Part shown: positions 23,993 through 36,600 of the stretch, in pieces
How positions within the stretch are numbered: the first letter of the stretch is position 1
Layout: the number at the start of each line of letters is the position of its first letter
Assembly (NCBI GenBank): GCA_020137815.1
Contig: CM035353.1
Span: 6,262,001-6,326,000, forward strand
DNA from: Hormiphora californensis
Taxonomy: Eukaryota > Animalia > Ctenophora
DNA: 64,000 bases
Reading direction: 5' to 3'
Notes under the pieces: model-generated
What the model was told of the DNA's origin: nothing
Database searches by the model: none
The model's input: the letters and a program-made list of their open reading frames with translations, nothing else
Position numbers and translations under genes: made by a program

Positions 23993-25313
23993 TATATATT
24001 GTTTGTACCTACCTATAGATGAAAAGCGTATTCGGAAATTATTATCGTCGTATATTTTTGGCTTGTTTGCCACTGATTAGCAGGTCTTTCTTATTGGCTT
24101 ATCGTATCTCTGACCTCATTACTCGTAAATGTTCCTTCTGTCCCCATACTGTATAGTAATAGAAACTGGAGTTTATTCGGGGATGTTTAATCCTAGTAAT
24201 GGGCAGTTTTGTATGGAGAGAGCTTACATGCTATTATTGATATTTTTGCTTGTCGAATGTCGAACACGCCATGAATTTTCCATAATTCAACTGCTATGCA
24301 TATCAGAAGGCTTTTCCTAGATCATCAGATCGCCAGTTTCCTTTTCTCGGTGTTGGCATTGATGTATCCTTCTAGCCAGCAACTTTCAGAGAAATATTGG
24401 CTCTTGTTACTTTCATAATTCTTGCCCACTCTTCAATGTAAACTGTGAGGTTCCGAATGGGTATCTCTATTATAATTTGGAGATGAACGTCGTCGAAGTG
24501 GCCGTTCGTTCAGCGGTATCTAAGCGACAGTGCTCCTTCATAAAACACTTTATGTGCCCAAAGCTGTAAAGCTGTTCCTCACACTTTTGGAACTTCCAGC
24601 GGAAGTTTGTTAATATTTTCGAATGACTTTTGACATGTCAGTCCCCATAGTTACCAATTCAGTTGCCATGGCAACCGTGTTATTGACCTTGAAAGGGGCG
24701 AAAAGAACCACCCGGCGAAGCCGGGTGGGTTATCAAAAAACCCTACTTGAGGCGCACCCAATGGGTGCGCTAGTCACATAGACTTCACGTTTCAATACAG
24801 TATCCTATTATAAGAGCTAACCTCCACTTAATTAATCATAAGTTGCCCTTCATTTCTTAATTACTTTATTTATTCCAACAGCAGCTGCCGTCATAATATG
24901 CAGTAGGTGACGGTGCAAGCTTCAGGAAGTAGGGTCCTGAGTCGCACCGTAATCTGTCTTTATCATGCGGCTATACAGGATTCCCCTACTGTTTCTTTAT
25001 GCGGCTATAGCAGGATCACGATATGTCTAATATATATAGCTAATATATTAGCTAAGGAGAAGAATAAATCTATAAATATAATGCTGTCGGTAAATGTGGG
25101 TATTGTGCAAGCATCTTGGTACCTACAGACAGAGATAGAGAGACAGTACAGCAGAAATTCGTGTGGAGAAACTTGCTGTCTGCCGGGATGAAAACAAGAA
25201 GAGAATACCAAGTAAGCAACAACCATCTAGCTAGCACATTTACACCGGTATTCGAAATCAATGAGAAGTGAGGGGTTACTTTGCACAGAGCACAATATAC
25301 TGTTTCGGCAACA

Positions 25314-28300
25314 TGTTGCCATTTGTTCTGTGTCTTTTACTTGGTTACCAAATTGGTTTTGTAGTCGGTGACACCCTAACTAGTAAGTTCACCATTCATT
25401 CTTTTAAATTCACCATTTATTCTTTTAAATTCACCATTCATTCTTTTAAGTTCACCATTCATTCTTTTAAATTCACGATTCATTCTTTTAAGTTCGCCAT
25501 TCATTCCAATAGTGCAATGTGCATGTTGGTAAATTCAAGATTCTGAATTTAGGAAAACACCTTTCGAATATCATAATAGTAACTCATCGTTATATATAAA
25601 TCCCATGATAAAATTCCATAAATTATACTTCACTAGTATATCCTCCCTAGTCTCTGTGTTCCATTCTTTACAAACTGACTCATTTCAGCATATCCGGATA
25701 TAGTATTGGACCCCGCTACATTGACCTTTGCCAACATATCTGACGGTGTAACTATTATCGATAAAGATAGTAAGCAGTTGTATGACGGCTGGCAAAGGGC
25801 CTCATGTGCTGGAAACCTGTACAACAAAATCCTTATATACACGGTGGGTACTTGCTGTCACGTGCTGCCCATAACGGGTGACAACTAAAAATCTGGACAA
25901 TTTTCTGTGAGCTCTAGCGCCGGCCCCGCTTGAGATACAGCTTCAGGCCAGTGATAGAACGATTTTTCAGACAATTTTGAATCAGAATAACACAGCGGGA
26001 AAAACTAAAAAGTTCATTTTCATTGCGATATCGCATCATTTCCTCTTGACCCACCAAAGCATGTAGTACTTGAAATTTACACACTTTTCTAGCACCTCTA
26101 GCGCCTGTTCTTTTTGAGATACAGCTTCGGGGCAGCGATAGAATGATTTTTCAGACGATTTTGAACGACATTAACTTTGTTTCACACTCCGATAATCGCA
26201 ATTCTAGTCACAGAATCATCTGTAACAAACCCTTCAAAGCGTAATTTACAGGTAATTTGAGAAATCGCCATTTTGACGATCTCTCGAAACATTTATGACG
26301 TGGAAAACCAACTTCCTGATAAGCTAAAATGTTGAAACTTGGTAGTTATGTTGGTTATGGCATGAACAACCATTATTTCAAATTTGAGAATTTTATCTCA
26401 TCGGGAAGGTCGTTTCTGATCACACGGAAATCTCAAATCTCCGTACACATGCTTTGGTGGGTCAAGAGGAAATGATGCGATAACGCAATGAAAATGAACT
26501 TTTTAGTTTTTTCCGTTGTGTTATTCTGATTCAAAATTGTCTGAAAAATCGTTCTATCACTGGCCTGAACCTGTATCTCAAGCGGGGCCGGCGCTAGAGC
26601 TCACAGAAAATTGTCCAGATTTTTAGTTGTCACCCGTTATATGGTGTTGTGGGTGTCACGTGATGCCCATATATGGTAGAAACACATCCTTATATACACG
26701 GTATGGGTTATAACGTTAATGAACAATCAGAACCAGGTCAATATAGAGCTAATACCACGGGCCTCAGCTGTCTTAGCTGTCTTAGCTCTTAATATCAACT
26801 TTCTGCCTAAATTTTAATATCTTAAGATATTAAAATTTAGGCAGAAAGATAGGCAGAAAGTCTCTATAATTTCTAATGAATACCCTTTTTATAGACGATA
26901 AACAACGAGCACTCTCTGTGGTTCCAAGCATTCGAAAGTGAACCAACTGGAGCGAACAGTCCCGCCAAATTAAGAATTTCTTGGGAGTAAGTGAAACATC
27001 AGAACCATAACTCTTTTCAATTAATCTGAATCCCAGCTCTGATGTAATTCCAATATTAGCATATCTTCTCTGTTTAACCCGAGCCCCCTCCTCAGTACAG
27101 ATTATTCCGTTACGATTTGGGGATGCACAGGCGACACAGACCACCCTAACCCGACCATGAAAAACGTTCCAGACGACAAGGAAATAGAGTGGATCATATT
27201 TCTAAATGACAAGAAGTTGGTTCTCATTGCGAACAACATTACAACCCTGGAGTGGTCCATTAGCGATGATGATATGAAGGCGAGGAACATCAATGGTGGC
27301 ACGTGTGAGGACATCAAGTCGGACAGCTGGGAAAGAGTATGGATCATGAGGGAACAGGGGAGTTCCTGGAACACTAAGTCGGGCCAGGGTAAACGTGATT
27401 TCTACATGTCCACAAGCTACTCAAAGGTCCTGCCTGGCGCTACTACTGAGGTGAAGTCGTTCTTCATTATTCCACCCGGCTACGAGCCAAAAGAGAAACC
27501 AAGTGATGCGAAGATAGCAGTTGGTACTCAGTTTGTCACAATAGAAAACAAGACCGACTTGACTGAAAGCTCGGTGAAATACGATACTGATGATTACCCA
27601 GCCAGCGGGCGGCCATATTTCACCCTAACCTTGAAAGACGTGCCTGCTTTTGACACAAAATGGACTTGTACGTGGAAGTTTGAAGATAAAGATGAGAAGG
27701 AATACGAGTTACCTATGTTTGCGTACATCAAGGTTTCCATAGTCAATATTACCCAACCTCTGATTGTCATGGGATCCGATCTAAAGGTACAATGCAATGT
27801 TTTCAACACTGACGATAACATTCCCGAGGACAAAATAGTCTTCGGATGGGACGGAGATTACTACAACAAAGCAAATGCCACATCAGCAGGGCTGATCATA
27901 AAGAAGGGAGCTACCGCGGACAAAGTGACACTCATCTACTTCTCCATTCCTGCCGCGAGTGTAAATATCACTAAGGTGGACTTCTCGTGCCAGGTAACAA
28001 TAGACAACGTTGGTACTACAACAGTTACCACGACTGCGGCGGAGTTTGGGTACACGGAGCAGCTAACTAACGCAACTATCGTGGAAGGTCTGGGAGGGAC
28101 ACTCAGTGCGACCATAATGCCTGCTGATGCAGTCGGGACTATCCAATGGTACCGGTGGTTGACGGACATATCTGTGGCAGGGGTGACTGCGGAGGATGTA
28201 TACACAAATGCTACTCCTGCCCATACTACAGAGCTGTTAACGGTTGCCAATACCAATTATACCGCTTTGTATAACATCTCAGATGCTAGTGCCAATGATT

Positions 28301-28632
28301 ACACCGGGTTTTATTATGTTAATGTGAGCTACGCGGAATCTCAATCATTCGGCGGTGGGAGTATTGTCTCAGATATCGCTGAAGTATCCGTCATTGGGTC
28401 CACCTCACAGGGCTTGTGCATTAAACGGTTCTGCCTAACGACTGGTGCTAAAACGTGCACGGGAGAGTTTTACGATACCAAAACGGACACAACAGCATGT
28501 GCATATAATGCTGATTATAGAACACAGCTCCAGATTCTTTGTTCAGAGGTGGATAAGGGGTGTGCCTTTACATCTGAGAATGGAAATCAACTCGAGGTTA
28601 ACGTGGTGGGCACATCTTCCCTTTTTTTTTGA
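25314..28632 (+). CDS. Secreted/cell-surface glycoprotein with Ig-like domains. Exons ~25314-25382, 25689-25843, 26895-26986, 27096-28632; 3' end possibly truncated
   Basis: Signal peptide MLPFVLCLLLGYQIGFVVG. Intron phases 1, 0 and 2 match at all junctions. Ig-like strands FTLTLKDV..DTKWTCTW, GSDLKVQCNV..FSCQVT, IQWYRW..DYTGFYYVNV; many NxS/T sites. No TM segment before the stop. Confidence 0.8.
25388..25505. repeat. 21-bp intronic tandem repeat (TTCACCATTCATTCTTTTAAA)
   Basis: About 5.5 copies just after the donor at 25383. Confidence 0.9.
25871..26640. mobile_element. Intronic MITE with ~195-bp TIRs (ATAACGGGTGACAAC...)
   Basis: Arms ~25871-26064 and ~26447-26640 are near-identical inverted copies. 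Confidence 0.9.
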
Positions 28633-30008
28633 TAGGAGGGACTCCCCCCGGCTAATTCATATCGTTTTAGAATCAATATATTTTTTCGGGCTATGTCGCT
28701 ACTCCAAACATTACATGAAAGGTCCCTGTAGGCTCAATTGAGCTGGTTACAAGGTCATTTAGGGGCCCTTCCGCCATTCCCAAATACCCCAACCTCATTA
28801 GGTTAGGGGGAAAATAGAGACGGGGGAGAGGGAATAAAGGGTGGGTTTTTAATTGAACCTAATTGTTAATTACCCACAAAGTTGTGTATATTTCATTCAA
28901 ACCTCCCCCCCCCCTCTCCATAGACAGTCAACAACTCGTCCTAAAAAAAGAAGCGAGGGGGGGGACGGGAGCAATGGGGGATTAAGTCGACAGGAAAGAG
29001 GGTAAAATTATAAACACCTGTGATCAGTGAACCGAGATACCAGCCGTCTCCTTTTCCCCTTTCCCTATGCCTCCACCATTGATGAATTACTTCAGCCCCA
29101 TCATCTTTCTGATTAACTACCACTGATCTTCCTTTGGGAACGGGTCCCTTTCTGCACAAGTATGTAAAAAACTTTTAAAAGTATAATGGCAAGGCCCAAA
29201 AAAATTAAACTTTTGATTCCAGGGATCACAAATGAATTAAATGGGGACGTATCCTCCCATTTTTTACAGCCTTCAGTCGCTTCTTCTCAAGCCCTCCCTT
29301 TTTCACGAAAATGTACCCCCAGTCATGTAAATTACATAAACAATGGAAAGGGGATGAAATGTCAAACCCCACTTTTTCTCAAGAGATTACTACACAACAC
29401 AAACACAATGGTATTTTGAAATACGCATTGAAGACAAAATAGGGAATCGTTATGGTTTAGTTAAAAAAATTTAACTTTATTCCGCCCGACAAAACGCCTG
29501 AGATTCCTTAAATTTTTTCTAACAATACCTCTTTGAGTTTGAGCATACCAACATGTTAAAGTTATCAGTTCATTGTTACCTGAACAAAGGGGAAACCTAT
29601 GAAGTGGAAATGATCCCTGGTTCGTGTCACGAGAGGGATTTCCCCCCCCCCACACACACCAAACCACAATTGCACTGTATTAATACACGCAAAAATTGAC
29701 AAATAAGCAAATCAGGTTTAGGGGTTGTTACTATTAAGATCTTGGGAACCCATTGTGAGTATCCAGCTCAATAATTGTACATATGCTAGTTGATTCTACC
29801 ACCAGCTCCCCAATATAACGGGAGCTTCTCTTAAAGAGAAGGAAAAACGTCAAATAGACTTCGGTCCCTGGCGCTACAGACATGGGAGGGAAGGATTTAT
29901 TTATCGTTCTTCTCCCCGTGCTGAAATTACTCAAAAACTTTTTATCTGCACTGTTTACATCTCTTCAAGTAACTGTTATTTGCTGCCAGTCTCCCCGGGC
30001 TATTCGAT

Positions 30009-30778
30009 TAAACTATGAACTCAAAGCAACTCTTGTGACCCTGTCCCTTTCCATGTGGGGTTCCTCACAGGCTGAGATGGGGGCTGCAAAGGGCCATACA
30101 TCCTATGGTCAGTCTTGTTTAGTCCCGGCAGTAGCCAATTAAACTAGGTTGTAGACGCCATCCAAGTGCGTCCCAGCGGGAGGGGGAACCCACGGATTTT
30201 ATGCCGGCAGGCGAAATGGTTTAGAAAAAACCGAGGCGATCCAGGGATCCGGGGTAGGGAGTATTAAACCTATAACGGTTTAAACAAAAGTTCATAGTTT
30301 AGAAACCCAAGAAACACACAAATGGGGACCAACACAAGGGGTAACACACAAGGACTACTGTCAAATAGTCAACAGACACTCTCAAAATGTGTGTAGACTT
30401 AGTGTCTACTGTTCCTAACATGTTTGAGAAAGAGAGAGAAAGATTAGGGGCAAAACACACAGTGAGAGATATTGAACAGTAAAAGAGAGAATGAGAGAGA
30501 GAAACGAATGGAATGCGACTATTTTGCCTCTTGATGAGAGAGATAACATTGAAAAGTGTTGCAGATGTGTTCCCCTCTCTGTTATTGACAGAACTGTGTG
30601 TTTACACACATTTTCATTACTTGGAAATTTACACGCATGTTATGGAAATGAAGAGAAACGCGTGAAAATGGGCACTGGTCTGATAAAGAGCGAGCAGGGT
30701 GTTAAATCCCCCATCTCGCAGTTAACGTGTGCGCGTAAAATGTTCAAACGACTGATAAATCAACTATCGGGTTTCATA
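30009..30778. mobile_element. Non-autonomous Crypton-like repeat, copy 1
   Basis: TAAACTATGAACT ... AGTTCATAGTTTA-GAAACCC ... TATCGGGTTTCATA. The segment ~30366-30760 is near-identical to ~50086-50100 + 51419-51786. No TSD. The family name is tentative. Confidence 0.6.
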
Positions 30779-31084
30779 AAGCAATGAAGATATATTAGCT
30801 AGAGAAGTGGAGATCAAATGGGAACTGCATTACTTGCCATGCTACGCAGTCTGTCTATCGGCACTTCGGGCTCGCGTAAGCTCGCACCGGGCCTTCGGCC
30901 CGGTGTGAGAGCTGACAGACAAGGAACATGTCAATGCATTACGTGCACGCCATGGCGCCATACCCCATTTGATTCCCAAATCAAATGGGGTATGGCGCCA
31001 GACAGCCTAAACGCCATGCAATCATCACCTTTGTACGCGTGGGAATGAAATGAATAAAATATATTTTTTATAAAACAATGTAGG

Positions 31085-32050
31085 ATTTTATTATGCCTAT
31101 AAGTTGTACCTGAAAACTTATAACACGAGACCGAAGGTCGAGTGTTATAAGTGCAACAATAATGATCCGAGACCACAGGTCGAGGCAGATTCTTGTACTT
31201 TAGTATAACACGAGCCTGCGAGTGCCACTAAGTGTAACTACCTCACGAGCCTGCGAGTGATGTAGTTTTACTTTTTGACCGAGCCTGCGAGGTCTAAAAG
31301 TGTCAGAATCTGGGACATTATTGTTGACGTCAGGTACAACGAAAATAGGCATAATAAAATTGCATTGTAAAATTTTAAAACAAGAGTGAGAGACACTTTA
31401 GGGCGTAACAATAGAACGAATTCATGATAAGGTAGCAGGCAGAGATAAGATAACGCCTGATATAGGTACAGAGTGAGAGATTAGTGAGAGTGAAAGAGAT
31501 AAAGAATGTGTGGGTCCGGGAGTTCGTAACTGTTATCTTGATCTCGGTGCTGCAACGGCTTGAGAGTGTGACATAAAGAAAGAGAGAGAGAGAGAGGGGG
31601 TTCGTACACGTTTATCTTTCTAACGGTTTTTAAGTGTGACAGAAACAGTGGAGTTCTAAGTGCAGCGGTGTTATAAGTTTTCATGTATCACTGGGGGGTG
31701 TTATAATATAGATAACCCCGGTTAGTAGAGGGATGAAATCTGATATACCAGCCTATTAGGCTGGTATATCAATACGATATCCACGAGGAACGGAGTGACG
31801 AGGGGAATATCGTGTGATAATCCCCGTAGGGGATTATCAAATTTCATCACTTTACTAGCCGTGGTTATTTCTTATAAAACGACCCCGGGAATTATGAAAG
31901 GTGTGAAAACAGAGGGAGGGAATTATCTGATATACCACAGTAGACTGCGGGAAATATCAGCAGGGGGGGTGGTTTATAAGTGAAAACTTATAACACTGGG
32001 GGGTGTTATAAGTGAAAACTTATAACACTGCCCAGTGTTATAAGTTGTAC
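31085..32050. mobile_element. Hairpin-rich non-autonomous repeat(s), Crypton-like
   Basis: Inverted pair TTTTATTATGCCTAT..GTTGTACCTGA / TCAGGTACAAC..ATAGGCATAATAAAA. Recurrent CTTATAACAC/GTGTTATAAG, GAGCCTGCGAG repeats, and small palindromes such as GATATACCAGCCTATTAGGCTGGTATATC. Confidence 0.5.
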
Positions 32051-33622
32051 AAGCAGTGCTACCTAAAGAATTATATTATATCTCAAAATTTTACAATGAA
32101 GATATTATAATTATTATAGGGAGGTGTCATTTTGAAAAGATGAATAAAATATATTTTTTATAAAACAATGAAAATATTATAATTATTATAGGGAGGTGTC
32201 ATTTTGAAAAGATCGCCCACTCCTTTGTGTTTTAACAATATTTTTATCCCCACAACTTGACCGTGACCTTAAAATCACACTATAGCTATAAATAGATTTT
32301 AACTATAATAGATTTTAACTATAATGATTTTCGAAGCGTTGAGAATGTCATATTGAGGAAATTTATGCAGTCAACCCTCGGACCTCGGATTCCATTTTTT
32401 TCTCGACTTAATGGACAGCAGAGTTAATATAAATATATTAAAGGTTGCAAGATTAAACCGTATTCACTCGATTTTCATGGATTTTGAGCATTATTTTCGA
32501 ATTTTTTGTCGTGTATTTCACTGTTCGAGATGGGGGTATACCGATATTGTCAGTACTGGGATTAGTATAGGGCCACTTTGCGACTCAGTTCCCGAAATAG
32601 GATGCAGAACATGTTTTGGTGGCGGTGGGAAGGTGTTATCTTTCTTTTTTCAACGCTACCTATATACCAAGACGAAAACTGTTTCTTCATCTTGTCAGGA
32701 ACCCCGAGATATGAATTGCGAGATGCAAAGAAGTACAGAGTGGCTCTGCTGGACCCATTGCTAACCCACATATTACGAACATTGAACTAAATCATGTAGT
32801 ACACGACAAGGGATCTGAAAAAATGTTTGGAGTTCATGATAGGGATCGGGTTAGTCAGAAAGTTTTAGATATCTTTTAGTCAAGAATGGTTATTTTTTCC
32901 CCACCCGAACTATTATTGCTTTATAAATCTACTGGTGTATTGTTTTAGTTGCTAAATCCTTCAAATCCTCTGACATGGTTTTAATTTGCACTTTGATTTG
33001 ATACTATTTAGCTGCCATCACTTGTTAGTTTTCAAAATTCAGTACTCGAAACCAAACTCACCAGCGCACCAATGCATATACAATATGTATACAATATATA
33101 TACAAAGTAATGGGCTGGTAACGATGTGTGATACCAGCTGGGTAAGGAGAAGTTGCGAAAAAAAACAAAAACAATGTGTGTTGTCAAAGTGATGTTAAAA
33201 GCGCTTTATTGTTTGATCGGGTTATAATCCTCTCCGGCCGATCAAACAATAAAGTTATTTTAACACCACTCCATTGGGCATCGATAACAATAAGTGGGTG
33301 GGTTGTTTTAAATACTTCGTGCGTATTTCATGGTGCTTGCTTCGTAGTCATTTCATTAAAATTGACTTGTTACGTAGTTCATGTGGCAAGGACTTCCAAG
33401 ATCAGGTTCTTCACCGTAAGGAAGCTTGGAAGGTTTTGTGACTGGATCTACATTTTTGATTTAGAAAATTATTTTGTCTTTCTAGACTTTAGTTATTTTC
33501 GCAAAGGTAAACCGCTCTGAGTCTGATTGACGTGTAGAACTAGTTTATATTCTAGTAACCTATATGGTATGAGCAATGAGCATGCACAGTGTACTATTCA
33601 TAACAATGTCTATAACAGGAAC

Positions 33623-36600
33623 ATGTTTCTTATCATGATTGGACTCGTGATGTTTTCAACAGCCGGGTCAAGCAAAGGGAACACAACCAAGAGGGTCCTC
33701 TCTGGAGATGCAAATTTAGAAGGCCCTGTTAACTCCAGAGAACCTATTCCACTGCCTATCGGAGATGACCAAGATGCCTATGAAGACGGTAAACTTTGTC
33801 CCATCACTGATGATCATGGATTCCTAGCCCGCATTTGTAATGAGGAGGACTATAGGGATAGGCGTACGGGCATCTTTCAATGTGCCACTACACCCAATGT
33901 GACCTATACGAAACGGAAATTATTCGACATTCGGACACGTTTACTAACAACTGAGTATTCTGAGCGCTGTCCCAATGATGACGCTATGTATCAGGCATGT
34001 GGGGTGTCACTGAAAGGAATGTTTGTTGGTGTGAGTCACGTCAAAATGTTTGATCAGCCGCCCGTTTGTGGAGTTGTCTGTTTCGATGCCTTTAGAGGCA
34101 ACTTAATCCATAAAGAAGACCAGGAATGTCGCGATGGACATATGGGTACCATGCTTTATCCACTCACTCTACAGGATGGAAGTATTGCCCAGATCACCTT
34201 GAAATCGGGAGGGGTTTGTGACGGGATATGTGATGATATCTGGATAGGCAAGACTGTCACGCCGGAACCCAGTTTAACATGTGTCGAGGAGCGGGATTGT
34301 GGTGGGGGAATTATCTACGGGAGTGTCTCCAAGGATCGGGTTTTCATGCCTTTCCAAGGAATGCCGAAAGAAGGAACCACCCCTCCTTGGTATCAAGATG
34401 CACCACTTTGTAAAGCAACATCATCGCCTGCAGAGGTATACGGCAGCGATTTTCCCTTGTATAACGGTTCAAGATGTTTTTTAACAATTAATGGTCGAAA
34501 CGGCAATGATTTCTCTAGTTCAAGGTCTACCTATTGCATTAATACTGGAATGGATCAAACTAATTGCACTGATCCAGCCAAGGTTGGGGGCAGCTGTCTG
34601 GTGAACGGTTATCCTAGCACAATTTCCATCTATGTGATCTGTGATGGCAATAACCATATGATACAATTATGTGATGATGGAATAGAGTTGAAATGTGTCA
34701 GGGTTGGACGGCATTGCTTTATTCATAAGCATAAGCTTTGTGATGGTACCGAGGATTGTGCTGGTGGTATGGATGAGAGTAAAATTTGGTGTGGACCCGG
34801 GAAGATCACCACTCACACTTGTCAGAGACGGTTTGGGAAAATGTCACGAGTTCCGGTCGATTGGATCCAAGATGGAGTTGTAGATTGTGAGAGCGGTGTG
34901 GATGAGAAAAATAATTGGGAAAAGTGCGGCAATGGCACCACTCTGAGGATTAAGGTGGATACAACACCGTGCTCTAACGTGTTTTTGTGTCATGACAACC
35001 ATTCGGAATTCCTAGAAACTTCCACCATGTGTTCTTCGACCCATACGTGCGACAAAGGGGCCTGTCAGAGCGCAAGGAGAACGGTTGATGTGAAGAAAGC
35101 ACTTTTCCGATCTGCTAAAACATTTGGAAATGAGTTTCTGGTCGGAAATGTTTGCAACAAAGGTCTATCGTCGGTGCTTTTTCTTATGAAGGAGAAGTGT
35201 TCACTCCGAAAATTCAACCACTCATTTCTTAATTTCTTCGGTAAAAACCTCACGACCGCCCTTGTGACAACCCATCGGAAACAAGATTGTAGATTCTTCT
35301 ACGGTGAGGCATATGTCTTTCACAGCTGTACTGGACTATGTAAAAATGCCGCATGCCCTTTGACAAGACCGGTACTACATAATTCCTGCCACAATCTCCA
35401 GATTGCAGTTTACTCACTTAACACAAAGTTAAACGTTGTGACACCGGTTTTAAGACAAAAAACTGCATTTCATAACAACGTGTTCGTGTGTAAAAATAGG
35501 AAATGTATTCTGTTTGAAAGAGTGTGTGATTTGGTCGATGACTGTGGGGACAGGTCTGATGAGGAAGCCGGGTGTGCCAACAATTTTCAGTGTACTGATA
35601 ACTCTTCGTTCTTACCTCTGAGCCAGAAATGCGATGGAAAAACTGATTGTAAGGACTTCTCTGATGAGTGCAATAGTAGCTGCAGCAGGAAGGCAATTGA
35701 ACATCGTACAATAGCTGTGATAGCATTTATCATGGGAGTCTTGGGACTTTTAATAGGACTTACAGCCTTTGTGAAAACATTTCGTCAGAAACTTCCTGAA
35801 AAAAGCGGGGCCTTTGTGAACCAAATCTTTGTACTTGCAATCTCCTTCGGAGATATTTTCACTCCCTGCTATCTACTAATCTTAACAGTTTTGCATTGGA
35901 AGACAAACACAGACTTCTGTGATAAGCGATTGGAGTGGATAAGTGGACGGTCTTGCAACTTCATAGGTGTACTTAACACGGTCGGAGCGACAGTTTCCTC
36001 CTTAGCTATGGCGAGTATAAGCGTTTACCGGCTTTATGGAACAAGAAGAGCTCTCAATTATAGACAGTCGGGCGAAGTCACGAAGGAGCTACGACAAAAA
36101 GTTCATTTATGCCTAGTGTTCATTGGGCTCATTGCTCTAGCATTTGCATTAGTGCCTCTATCAGATTCTTTGGAAGATTGGTTTGTCAACGGTCTTGTGT
36201 TTCCAAGGGATATAGCACTTTTCCTTGGCACGGTGGACAAGGCACAGTTTCTTCATATTGTCTATGGGTACTATGGGGCAAGGTACACTGAACGTTCCGA
36301 ACGGAAGGCCGACATTTCCTGGAGTACAATTCAGGGCATTGCTGCGGAAATGTTTTCTGCGGATTATGGGGCTGTTTCTGGTAAAAAGGTGTCATTTTAC
36401 GGTAACGATCCAGTTTGCATGTTCAAGTTTTTCGTGCTCACAGATGATCCCCAAGTTGTCTTTGTCTGGTTCTACATCGGTATTCACTTCCTCTGCTTTG
36501 TATGCGTTGCGGTGTGTCATATCCTAATTCTGGTTTTGTCAAATAAAGCGGCAGTTCCTGGGATAGATCGGAGTAACAACAGTAGACTCGGTCGTAAAGT

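Larger units (their letters stand above)
9349..24773 (+). mobile_element. Putative large non-autonomous Helitron-like element carrying antisense virus-like cargo; pairing of the two termini is inferred
   Basis: 5' A|TCTATATATAATAAT at 9348/9349. 3' hairpins CACCCGGCGAAGCCGGGTG and GCGCACCCAATGGGTGCGC, then CTAG|T (24770-24774). No TSD and an A/T junction, as expected for Helitrons. No RepHel recognised. Confidence 0.4.

Noticed and set aside
9700-24700. Intact Polinton/Maverick or endogenous virus
   Set aside because: No long TIRs or 6-bp TSD. No integrase, ATPase, protease or capsid recognised; only a short PolB-like fragment.
32411-32790. Overlapping ORFs upstream of the GPCR as a gene or as a continuation of the Ig gene
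   Set aside because: No recognisable domain and no phase-compatible splice path found.
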